64,000 nt of DNA, taken from assembly GCF_009914755.1 (NCBI RefSeq), contig NC_060937.1. The stretch is one strand, 5' to 3'. Origin of the DNA: the human T2T-CHM13v2.0 reference genome, Homo sapiens. This document shows positions 14,261 through 27,836 of the stretch, piece by piece. A program made the translations under genes and the position numbers. The first letter of the stretch is position 1. Each line of letters opens with the position of its first letter. Under the pieces are notes generated by a model that was not told where the DNA came from, searched no databases, and was given only the letters and a program-made list of their open reading frames with translations.

Positions 14261-17200
14261 TAGTAGCGCTAATAGGGATATGAATTAGCCGAAAACTAAA
14301 GAGGAATTGTAATTGAGAGGAATAAAGAAATACATCCTAAAGAAATGGACTGAGAGAGAATGGTACTTGGAATATGAACATAAATGTGTATTGATTATAA
14401 ATTTCATCCAGGATGTTTTACTCCTGAGTCATAAGAAAAACTTCTTCCATCTCAAATTCTGACAGAAAATACATGGAAAAACAAAACAACAAAAACATAC
14501 TAATTCATCAAGTTTGAAATGTCTTTGATCATGAGTTAGAGAAAACTACTTATAGTGTAAATGTATGGAGAAAAGCATCTCTGCGTATATGACAAATACT
14601 ATTAAATATTATAGATAAATAACAAAGTTTTGTACGTGTTCCAAAAATGAATACTGGGCAAGTGCATTTTAATGTATGATTGTGTAAATGTTTCATTCGT
14701 TGTCCTTTAAATGCATATTTTTGTCTCTTTTTCAAATCAATCCTGATTCTTGGAATGAGTGTTAGATTACCAAAAAACCCAAAATCCTACCTAAGCCAAA
14801 TAGGAGCTCTTGTGACCTTGAAAAATGCTTAAATACCAAGCTTTAATTTTCACAGAAATGGGGATAGAAATAAAATGTGCACATTTTCAAACATTATTTC
14901 ATGTGAAATTATAAACATGGCTATAGGCAAAAAAGAAATGTACTCTTTTTACTAGTTTATTTGTAAGAAGAAAGAGAATGTTAGGCAAAGTCTAGGTTGG
15001 AAACGGGAAGTTGAACAGGAAAAAATACCTTTGTCCTGTCCCTCCATAGGGATTATCTGTGCAATTTATAGTAATGAAAGGACAATGGACAAAATATAGA
15101 AAAAAAAATCAAATTTAACACATAATGTAGACTGCATACATCAAAAGGAGTCTAAATTTAAAATTGCCACATTCTGTTTGGCTAGCTCTATCTGGCTGCA
15201 TATTTGCACGTCTGGTAATAGCCTCAATTATATATTCAATAAAAAGCATTTCATCAATGTGATCAATGCATTCATTCCTATGGCAAAATGTGTCTTTATC
15301 TCATTTTTATATTGTACAAGATAAGGAAGCTAAACTGTTTCAAGGTTTTAGCCATTATTAGACAAGGAACTGGTTCTGAAGAAAGTTCATTTAAAAAAAA
15401 TAGCTAGTGCTGGGAAAAGAATATTAAATTCTTTTTATTTGAAATACTCCAAGCTATTTTCAAAGCATATTTATTAAGAGTTGCATTGAGAGCCCAATAA
15501 CTTTTTATTTGGTTGTTACTCAGGGCCACAGGCTCCGGGAAGATTTTATAGATGGGCTCCATGAAGTCTGTGGGAACTTTGATCTGCAATTTCAAAAAAT
15601 AAATATCTGCAGGTATATGAATTTTTCTGGAGCAGGCCTATAGCCTTTAAATTATACTCAAAGGAGTCCAAAACATAAAGCTTTTTAGAAATGACAATTT
15701 TTAAATGAAATATTTAAAGCAGCAAATATATTTCTGTTATATCGATAACCATTTATATGCTTAAGGCTGTTGTATATCTCCAAAATGATTAAAATAAGTA
15801 ATTGCCAAAAGGCACAATATTACATGTATGTATTTAGCACATATATTTTAAAAATCCTCTTAAATGTATCAATTAATATTGATGATTTATAAATGACTTA
15901 ATATTAAAACTCTTACAATTCTATATAAGACATGAACTAATAATGCAAAGAAAGTAACACATGGTTATCAACAAAACAGCATAGATTTTCCAGTATTTAT
16001 TGTTTTTGATATTTTAAAAATAAAACATAATTTTATTAAATATATATTTACACTAAAAATAGCAAATAGAATATAGTTGTTCAATGATTTTTATGAACTA
16101 TAGGGATAATACATTTATTTTAAATATCATGTACAGATTTTTTTAAACAAAAGCACAAATATTAGGTGTTATTTTTTCCATTATAGGGAACATACTTTGT
16201 TCTATCTTGCAAATATGTCAAGGGGAAAAATAAATGAAATAAAATGTTAAAATTTACCTTAGTATGCATCTTAACCTATAACAAGGATTTTCTACAATTT
16301 TATTTGTAAATAAAAGTGTAAATTATTATTACTAATACATATTTTAAGAAGAAATAAATCCTAAGGAGTCTCCTTTCATTTATTCAAAAAGTATTTATTG
16401 AGCGCCTACTGTGTACCAGAAATTCTGCCAGTTTTCTTTTGAATTCACAGCAATTTATGAAATCCCATTTGGCATACACAACTTCTAATTTTATCGTTTC
16501 TTCCACCACAACAAACAAACAGTCACCTTAAAAATCTATTAGGATGGTTGCTAAGTGTGGCATGTGAAACATACCAAATCATGAATATGCTAATCATCCA
16601 CTTAACAAAACACACATACCATAACCTAGGTAATCTATAAAAACTCATTAAATAAATGAAGTGTGGAATTACCCTTTTTGGGGGACAGTCATAGTATTTT
16701 AATGTGATACAAAAAAGCTAAAATAATGATTCATTTAAACTAACTTGATAATTCTGAATTTATTTATGTGTTCATATGAATAAATAGTTACTCTCATATT
16801 TTCAAAAACTAAATGTTGGTAGTTGTGCTTTAAGAAATATTTAAATAGCAAAAGTGGCTATAGGAGAAATAATGACCTCTGCTTATGATACTTAGGTTAT
16901 TACCTAAAACTTAAAGTATAATTTTTTAAAAAAAGAATACTTATTAATGTTAATTTCAAAAGCTATTTCTATTCAAAAATTTAAAACAGAAATGTGATAC
17001 ATTATTCAAATAACATCACAAGTAATTATCACATTAACATGTCTTAAAATCTGATTGTATAAAAGATAACTAAACTGATCATATTTAATAAACATAAATT
17101 GTAGGTTTTTTCAGTACAGAAGAATTGATGCTTGGATCATTTTCAATCTATCTGAACTTATGTATAAATATATTCTATATCTAAGTGAATATGTATTATA

Positions 17201-18989
17201 ATTTATTTATATCTGGGTGTATAAATGTGTGAACATATACCATATACAACTACATCTCTAAGATTAAGCACTATATTTCTGGTGATTAGATAATTAAATT
17301 GAAGATAAACTAAATTAGTTTTTTTTTATAAAAATATGCTGTTTAAAGGTTAGTCATAATTTTTTTCCTTCCCCTGCACTCTATTCTTCTCACTTAAAAA
17401 TCACTTGCTTCTAAAATGACCAATAATACATATTTAATTAGTATGTATCAGAATATTAATATCCAATTTAATAGCAAAATACATCTTTGAAGTGAAATTA
17501 AGTGACGAACATTATTTGGATAATGTATCAATGTGTTTTGACAAAATATGTACTACTTGTAAATAAACATGTGGGCAAAATCTTTGTAAGGAATTACAGC
17601 TCATGAAAAAATATTAAAGGATAAAGGAATGGATAGAACTGCTGGAAACCATTAAAATAGGAAACAATTTCAGGGAACTAATCAAAGGAGAAAATATTAT
17701 TTGAAATCACTTCTTTTGTTATAGGAAACATTTGTTATCTTGGACTTTTAAACATTTAACTAAGATACCAACAAGCCGCTTGCTCAGTTCTTGTTTATCT
17801 TCACATTTCACTACTTCATTATGCAAAATATTTCTATTTATGGGTGGAACGTGAAAACATGCTCTGTTTTGTGTGCAGCATGAGAACCTCAAAGCAAGCT
17901 GATGGTATTTTCATTCAGCTAGATTTTCCAAATGGACCTGAGTAAATTCCTTTCTTTATGAAAAACCACTGGCAAAAACAAAACCAAACTAGCAAATAGG
18001 GCAGAATGGGCTAAATGCCTCTGGTTAAAATAAATATAACTTTAAGACTAAAAGCAATTTTGGAACATGCATTCTACATTTATGATTAGCCATTTTTCAT
18101 CTCTGCTCTTTCAATGAATATCCTTAAAAAATGGGACACTTTTTAAATGAAACATGCTGGGACTTTTAAATGGCATCAATAATTTTTTACTTGTTTGTTT
18201 TTAATTAGTATCTAAATAAAATAATCCACAAACTGGGAGAGTTATTTTCTATGTGAATTTAATTGAATTTCCCACTTCTGTTGTAGGGAATCAAAATATA
18301 AAACACATAGCTAAAGCAAATGCATCCCTACACAGCAGTGTAGAGGTACATGTGTTTCTCTATGGTAATAGCCAGGTGGTTGTATCCCAGCAGGTTTCAT
18401 AAGGTGGTATTAAATACTGTGGTGACTCATGATGGTATAGGGTTTGTGCTCAACCCAGGAATCTAAATTTTCTTAGCAAAATAAGTGAATCAATCCTCTA
18501 GTGAGCAAACCTAAACCAAGTCTGTATATTTATATTGACTATATTTAAGAGTCTAGCTTTACCATTTTTCAATAGCATGCCAAAAGTAATGTACTGCAAA
18601 CTTTTACTATTAAATGTCTTAAATACATTTGTAAATTGAGCACAAAAGGGTTTAACAGACCTGCATATATTTTCTCCACGTCACCTCCTTGTAACTGCTT
18701 CTCTGCAGTCTAGAATACTCAGTTAAAGTGCAAATTGCTTGACATTTCGATGCTGAAGAGTGGACATAATGAGTACCTGGGGTTGGGAGAGTGAGGGGGG
18801 AAGCCCAGCCTGTGTCCTTTAGCCTAAGGTTCCACATGTGTGAGCAATTCATCACTTAGGAGAACGACCTCCTATTTATACAAGGGCTATAGCTGTTAAC
18901 CAAACCACATGTTTTCACTCATCATTTTTTCAATAAGATTAAGGTCAGGAAATCCTTATTAGAAGACCAGAGCAAAATTTCAAAAAGTT

Positions 18990-19050
18990 TTCACGAACAA
19001 ATTCAACACAAAGTCTCAACACTGTACAAAACAATTTCTGAAACTTTATT
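18990..19050 (-). terminator. Candidate distal cleavage/polyadenylation site of the read-through isoform
   Basis: AATAAA on minus (plus TTTATT 19045-19050) followed by GU/U-rich TTGTTTTGTACAGTGTTGAGACTTTGTGTTGAATTTGTT; several upstream TGTA motifs. Confidence 0.55.
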
Positions 19051-22000
19051 GTGAATTTTAAGGTACATTTAGTAAAGAATGTTATCCTTAATATAATTAA
19101 TTAAAAATAAATTGGAAAGAAATGCACATACTACTTTTTTAAAGCAAGAATAAGTACAGACTTTTGAAGCCACAATATATACAATTTTATGAGTGCAATA
19201 AGCTTTCAAATACATTAGGTATATATCCGTTTAAATAAATAGTAGAATACTTGATTTGACATATGTGATAGTCATACTGATTACACCAAAAATGTTTTAC
19301 AAAATATAGCCAAAAATGGAACGTTATACATTTTGATATACAACTCTTTAAATACTTTATATATTCATTACTTACTTCAAATTATAGTGTACAAAAGTCC
19401 ATTTTAATGAGGACAAGTTTTAATTGTGTGTTTACCACTGTTGAGCAAATATAGGTATTAAGATGCATCCCTGTATGTTACTTAAATTCCCATTCAACTT
19501 AAATCATTTATCACAGGGAGGAAAGAATTCTACCAATTTTTAACAGTAATAATTTTTATTGATAAATTATCCATATAACATATTTCAACATTATTTTGGC
19601 TATTTAAAATTTTCTAAAATGTATCACCTAGTTCTTGAGCCAATTTTTTGTGTAATTAAAACTTAATTTGAAATCAAAATAGAAATATATTGCTACATTG
19701 AACTTCTTACCTGCTCTGCAACATACATAATTTAAATACCTTTAATTATCAATTTTCAATTGGGAAAATTTCCCCTATAATTCTTTAATAATAATGCTTT
19801 GTGTAGTGCCTAAGTATCTCAAGAATTCATTTCACAAAGTACCAATTTAATATACTGTACTGTAAGTGTTACCTATAGAATAGTATTATAAGAAAATGTG
19901 ATTTCAAGGGTTTTACATTTATTATTATTCATACATTATAGTACAACAAGTGAGATCGTTTTCAGCCACATTCAATTATTTTTTGCACATAGTTACACAT
20001 GGCGATTTATTTGGGGTATGTAAAAATGTGGCTATTTTTCAGAAATAAAATGGAATATAAATTATCAAGTTTTTTTTTTAAATGGAAACAATACTGTTAT
20101 TTTCTATAGGATCCTTTAAAAAGTGAAAGCAAGGAAACACAAACACACATACCAACCTATCTTGGTGTGGTGAGGTGAGGAGAAGGACCATTCAACCATC
20201 ATCTCCTAAAAATTTCTTAGGCAATAATGATTGAAAAAATGTACTTTGCACTTAAATAATGAGCAATAGGGTTATCTGGCTCTGTCTACAAAAATTACCT
20301 GGTAACATTAGAAGATGATTATAGAATTACATATTATTATTGTTATGTTTCACATCTGGACCACAAAAGCAATATGAGAAAACCTATTATAATGTGAACT
20401 GAAGTTGCATTTTTATATTTTTTAATAGAATATTAGAATATTACCACATCTAAGAGCACATCTAATAACAATAAAGACAACTTAAATTCTCCTAAACCTC
20501 CCCAGTACCAACTGCCCACTGTTTTAATGGAGCAGCACCACATGTCAAGCACCCAGTCAATCTCTATAACTCACCAAGTTGCCTCTTATTGGTCAGAATG
20601 AAAAGCATATACACCTTCTGCAAGAAGTCAGGCGGCATGAGGGAGGCTGAGTAGAGGACACATACAAATGCAGATTTATCTATTTTTAGTGAGGGGCATA
20701 AAACTGTAAAACAGGGGCTTTGCATGGAGTAAGCATGGCACCTTATTTTTCAGTCAGAGAGAAATGCCATCAGAGCTATTCACATTCAATTTATGAGAGG
20801 AAGAAATGGACTGATGTATAAGTGAGGGTGTTCATTTTGTCCATATTTGCATCAGGGTTGTATGTGTGTGTGCTGTGTGTATGTGAATATGTGAGTGTCT
20901 TGGTATATTTCCAAGGTAATAAAGAGATTAAATATAATTCAGGTAACACGTGATTGCCAAAGAGGATCTTATTTCTTGCCCTGCGAAATGAACAGGAGTT
21001 AATGAAGCAAATCTCTAGGTTGTTTTGATACAGGGTTTTAAGACCTTGATGGTAGCAAAGCAGTAATTCCTTTAACTGTAAAGTATGTACACATTTACAC
21101 TAAATAAGACATAGCAGTCTTTTGACCATTCTCTCACAATGTTAGAAACTACATAATAAGAACTTCAAATATCCTTTAATTCTTTCTTAATTTTTGAAAT
21201 TAGATAAATATAAACAAGCTTTCATAAGCTGCAATTATTCTTAAATTGGCTAACAAATTTATTGAAAGCTTAAAGACAATCATTTAATTTTATCTGCATC
21301 TTGAACTCCATCATTATGGTTAATAGACTTTGTAATTCTGTTTTAATGCTGTCCTGTATATAAAAAAACTCTTTTACAATCACCTTAAATACAGCATACT
21401 TAAGTTGCTGATATCTCTCTTTTCCAAATAATCATCTTAAATTTGGCATACTCTTGACCCTTTTGGCTTTAAAATCACTATTTCAAGAGGTAACAAAAAA
21501 AACTATGCTTTAAAAAATATTGTAATTTACTAGAATACCATTGCCTAAGTGAGCTGGGTCTGTAAAGGTGATACCAAATAAGTCATTTTAATATTGCTGT
21601 AGTTTACTTTTGCTAATTCTTGCATAGCTTTTAAACACATTTTGTGGTTAAAGGATAAAATGCATGCAATTAAAGAAAAGAAGTCTACCTCTTCCAATGA
21701 ATAGATATGAGAAAATCACATTGTAAAAATCTAAAGATTAAAACTCCTATCACAAATTATGTATAAATATGTGTAAGAGCTTACCAAATTAAAGTCTAAG
21801 AACAGAAATTTTATTAAAGCACCTTTATGGAAATAATCAATTTGCAATAATGACAGTCAAGTTTTCAGATAACTTGGAAAAAAACCGCCACAGTCTTAGT
21901 AGTAGAAAATGTTGCCATAAATATGATATGATAGGTAAACTTTGTAGAAGAGAAAAAAATAAATAGTAGGCATTAGGGCAGCTCAATATATTGGGGTTAA

Positions 22001-23939
22001 AAAATCTTATTAAAACTTCAAAAAGACATGGAAAAAATATTTTCCCCTCAGAGATATTTCATAAAGCAAAATGAGTATGATTACATATAAGGCTGGTTAT
22101 GTATATTTATTTTTGCATCTAATCTGTTTTTCTTATTGTGGATACACACTAAGCACAATTTTTCTCTAAACAGTTTTAAGAGATAAAAGTGGCCACAATT
22201 TTTGGATAAAATCATACACTGCACACAGTACTGGCTTACTCAGTTGAATAACTCCTCCTTATTTGTGAAAAATGATGTATATATTTGATGAGAAAAATTA
22301 TTATGCCAGCTTTAGTTAGATAGTTGTTTTCCATTTCTCTTTTCAATCATTTTCTTGAAATTCTAAAGGTGCAAAGTCTAGGAGCTGATGCCCATTTGCC
22401 TTGTCTACTACATCACCTCAGAAAAATCATTACAGAATTTTCACTTCACTTGTGTAATGTTGTCCAGTTCCATTAATCCTCTCATGTCATTCCTCAACTG
22501 CCTAGAATTGATGTATATTAATCCATAATTGTGGAGGTAGAAAACAAGTGCATGCTGAAAAGCTTCTGCTTTCCTTAAGGCAGAAATTTCCAATGCTCAG
22601 ACTATTTAATTTGGCTCTTGTAATGTCCATTTGGATCCAGTCTGCCTGCCTGTCACAATCACAACCAATAGGCATAATGTCACTACAAATTATCACCAAC
22701 ATCCAGAATGTCAATGCAAAATTAATTTTCTTTTTCACAAAACCTTGAATGTTAGTCCCTGGATAAAGGAAAACCCCAGCTATACTTTAAGTCATCTAGA
22801 AAGCTAATTCAACACATCACGTTAGGCCACTGTATTCATGTCTGTATGACACAGTTTGGTTTTCAAATCCCAACTGGGAATTCTATCAGAAGACTGTAAA
22901 CCTATAGTGAAACCAAAACAATTTGGCACTCTTCCATGAAAATCTGCTAAAAAGAGATTACTTAAAGTGTTGGCTTTTATGTTTGGTCTAATTAAATATG
23001 AGTTCCATTGAAAAGAGTATCTATTAAAAAATGCTTCTCTAAACATGACTCTTTAAACAAATGTACAGATAAAAACTTCCTCATATCCTCACCACAAATT
23101 GATGCCTATCTTTGCATATGCCATGAGCTAAAAGTAAACCTGCCTGCATGTCTTTGAGTTCATGTCTAAGAATTATGCGTTTCCAATATATTATCTTATA
23201 TTTTAACAAAGGAAACCCTGCTGTTCTAGTTTATTGACAAATTAACAGGTGAATTTAACTTTCTCACATCAATGATCTATCTAAAATAGTCCCTTCCCAA
23301 TTTCTCATTGTCTGGTGAACAACATAAACTCCACCTTCAGTCAACATGTTGAATACTGCTTTTTAATTAGAGTAATTGAAATATTTCTGCTTACTATACT
23401 TATCAGTAAGGGACTTCAAGAAAAAGCTGCTGCCTGAAAATAGCTCTCAAACCAAGCTTTGGAAAATAACTGAGTTCTCGCAATAAAAATGCAAGGTTCA
23501 GAATTCTAAGTGTTTGTAATTGAAAGTCAGTCTGCTTGTCTCATATCAAGAAACTCCTTTTGAACACATAAATCTTTTTTATTTTCTAGGGATATTACGG
23601 AATGTGTGTTCTAAATAAGAACTGTACTCATGAAAGTGATTCCATCATCCATATGCACTACACATAGTGGACAAAAAGGGTAGCATATCATTCCGAGAAT
23701 CAATTTCCTTTGCCAAACACAATATGGAAAGCTGTGCATCCATAACTCTCTATTTCATTTTAACCTTTAAATGGACCTCCAATTACAACTGTAAAATTCT
23801 CACCTAGACATTTTATCAATATACGTCCATTATAATAATCCATGATAAACAAATTTAATTTTACTATATAACTGAAATGGCTCTCTCCAGTTCTCAGGTT
23901 TAAGGGGAATCTTGAGAATTCAACACGCGGTTGATGAAT

Positions 23940-24467
<528 letters not shown>

Positions 24468-25309
24468 GATACTGTTAAAGTCTTAAACAAGGAAGATATT
24501 AAGCAGCCCGTAATATGGTATATTTGTAAAACTGTAGAAAATAACTGAATAATTTTGTAGCTGTGGGTGATGAAAGTGGAAAACCTACTCTAGGAAAATG
24601 CTAAAATTGTATAAATAGTATTAAAATAACTTATATGCATGTTTCTAAATAGATATGAAGATATATTCTCCCAGTGCATTGCAGATAAGTTGGAGGAGGG
24701 CCTATACTGATCTTAGCTGGCAAATTTGTGCAGAGATGCCTGGTGGTTGCTTCTGAACCATTCAGGCACAGGGGCTGGAATAAAGATTTAAAAAGAAAGG
24801 AAAGCATCATTCCAGTCAAGTAGTCTAGGACTGAGATACACTTGTTATCATTAGAGTTTGACTTTCCCCTCTTCTAGATCTTTTCTTATCTGATATGAGG
24901 CATTGTATAAAATAAGAATAATCACAAAACTCTGCTTTGAGATGAGCAAATTTATTTAAATTAACAACTAAAATTCACGTTTGTGAAAAATATCTCGAAT
25001 CGTACTGCCTAAAAGATACAAATGCTAATTTCTACTTTTCACATATACTGTCTGTGAATGTTCATTGTAAACTGTAAAGTATCTCCCCATGTCTCAGGAA
25101 TAGTTATGTCATAATGCTATGTGCTCAGTGGCAAAATTTGTATAATAATGAAGCAAAAAAAAAAAAAAGGTTAAATTAGACTTCGGTGATTTTTTTTTTA
25201 ACCTTTAAAAAAAGGTTAAAATGGCCAAATTTCTTTTTGGCAAAATTTACTTTTGCTGACTAACTACAAGTTTATGTTTTGTATAAAAGTTCCATGATAG
25301 AGACAGTAT

Positions 25310-25550
25310 TAATTAGCAGCTAAGAGAGCGCAGTGTCTAAGACTGCTAGGGTTGGAACCGTAAACTATTCTCCCCTGACTAGAACTGTGACCTGAAGCAA
25401 ATCATTCAACTTCTCCTCAGCTGTAAAATACGGACAATAATAACAGTATCCTCCTCAGAAAGTAGTTGGTTCTATTTGAATTAATACATGTAAAGTGCTG
25501 AGAGGAACTTCACGCACATGGAGTACTTAATAAATATCAGTTATTATCAT
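25310..25550 (+). mobile_element. MIR
   Basis: ctgtgacctgaagcaaatcattcaacttctcctcagctgtaaaatacggacaataataacagta ... acatgtaaagtgctgaga ... gtacttaataaat. Confidence 0.75.
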
Positions 25551-27791
25551 TAGCTGGTGTTTGACATCTACTTTCAAGGCATTGCAAACTGTGTTTCTAG
25601 AAATCAAAAGATAATGGTACCAAGGTGAATGCTGTGATCTTCTCTTTACAAAGCCTCAAATATCTTCCACTTTTCCTGTGAAATTGTTAGCTATTTAGCT
25701 GAAATTAACTGTGGATTATTTTGGCCAGTTAGTTTTACATATGTTTAAAATCATGTTCACATTTCTAGTAATAAAGCTATGACTAATCATGTCAATGCGA
25801 TCAATAATTAGTTTCAATGCCAATAGCAAACCATTGAGATTAATGAATTGATTACTTTTTATTATTAGCTTTTTCCCTATATAGACTACTCTAATACTAC
25901 AAAGGTTATGTAACATTGCTTTTGTTCCAATTCCTAATGAATTTATTCTTTTTTGAGGCAAAATATTGGGAAGCACAGTCTATACCAGTTTATTAATCTA
26001 CAAGCATCCAATTCCAAATCAGATTCCAGTAACACCATCTCTTTGTACTTTTACAATAGAGAACTGATTCGATTAATCAAATAGCTGTAATTCACACTGT
26101 ATTGTCCCTGGAATGCTCACTCTGACAATGCTCTATGAACTCACAGAATTTTCTTTATCTGTCCATCTTCTAACCTTGCCAGATACTGCTAATATTTCAT
26201 CAATCAATTAATGCCCTAAATAGCTAATGTGTGTCTTATGCAAAAATCCTTGCGTGTTCATTTGACACAAACTATTTTTTTGTTTTACTTTCATATTCCT
26301 TAAAATTTCCTGTCAGAGGCATTATCAACATTAAAAAATTGGTGGGCTTTATTTTTAGTAGCCTCCAAATGACCATATATTTGTTGGATGAATACTTAGA
26401 AAGCATATCATGTTCAGAGAGCCATATGGTTATTCCCCAATGACATATTAATGTCACTTAGTATTAATAATATTTATGTCACTTTTTTCCTATATGTGCA
26501 AAATCTCCATAATAAACAATTTTGACCAAAAATTAGATTCTCACAATTTTTGATTAGGAAACAATTAGGCTGATATAGGCAGTGATTAAAACATTTGGCA
26601 CTACAGAAAAGTATTTCTCATATTTTCTTTACTGCTATAAGTAAATTTACTACTGTCACTAGAAATAAGAAAGAATTGGCTGAAAAAAAATGTAAGTACA
26701 TTTGCTGTTGGTCATGTTTGAATATGACAGAAAAGCAGCAGGAGCTGCCAATACAGAAGGCTTTACCAGAACATACATCTTTGATACGAGTAGTTGGAGG
26801 AATATCCATAGAAAAAAGCAAAGGGCTTGGGATACACAATCTGTATTTAGAACAGCACCATGTTTGCTGCCACTGTTTGTGATGTTGACATTGCCACCTT
26901 TCTGATTTTATGGTGAAGTTGGTCATTACAGACAACAGAACACTGATGATTACTAAACAAACTTTATTTAAACGTTACTTTAGGTGAAATTTTAGATTGT
27001 GTAAGTATTATATATCTTTCCTACCTCTCAGTATTGGCTACAACATCTGCTCTTCTATTAGGGAAACACTCATACCTTCCCCTGAAAAACACTGGAGTAT
27101 TGTTCTGAAAGCCAACACAATGTATTACAAGAGCAGAATTGACTGAATTCCCAGTACTTGAGTCCTGCAACTAAGCCATTACACAGAATGCCTCACCTTA
27201 GCACCACATACTTCCGATGTCATTGGCGCACTTGGAAGACCATAACATAAGAAGAACAATTCCTTAAGAATGTATATTCTTTCTGTGATTTGTTTACCAC
27301 ATTTATATTTTAACCCCTCTTCAAATTGGAAGTGTTTAGAACATTTTAAGGAAGGCATTCAGGGTATGAGCATTAAAGAGACTGCTTAATATGATTAAAA
27401 AGTGTCTTGCATCCAAAATGTGGCATTTCTGGAACTATTTAATACATCTCCTCCATCGATGTCAATTTTCCAAACTTACAAAGTGACTCCTAGACCGATC
27501 CATCTACAGTGTAAAATAGTCTCTTTACCATATCTCTATCAAAAACACCAAAAGAATTTGGTCTTCCTAAACTTGTTAGAAGATGAAAGGGTACAATGCA
27601 GTAAGTAGTAGTAAATGCAAGCAAATTGAGTTATTAGACGAGTAAGTATTCCTAAGCTGCTGTTCAAGATTCAGAACCATCCTGTGGGTTCTTATTTCTG
27701 CAGTGTTGTGAAGAAAATGTGTTAGACTCATTGATGGCAAAACCGTTTTATTTTATTTCCATGTAACCAAATAACACTGGTTTTTTTTAAC

Positions 27792-27836
27792 ATTAATGTG
27801 GTATTTCATCTAATTAATGTGGTATTTCATCTAATT
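27792..27836. repeat. Perfect 21-bp tandem duplication
   Basis: ATTAATGTGGTATTTCATCTA x2. Confidence 0.9.

Noticed and set aside
16053-16062. MEF2 consensus CTAAAAATAG (also CTATTTTTAG at 20680-20689)
   Set aside because: Expected by chance in such AT-rich DNA; no supporting context.
26851-26870. RE1/REST-like CAGCACCATG
   Set aside because: Only the left half-site matches; GGACAG is absent. The split AGCACC...GACAGCGC at ~42530-42556 also has non-canonical spacing and mismatches.
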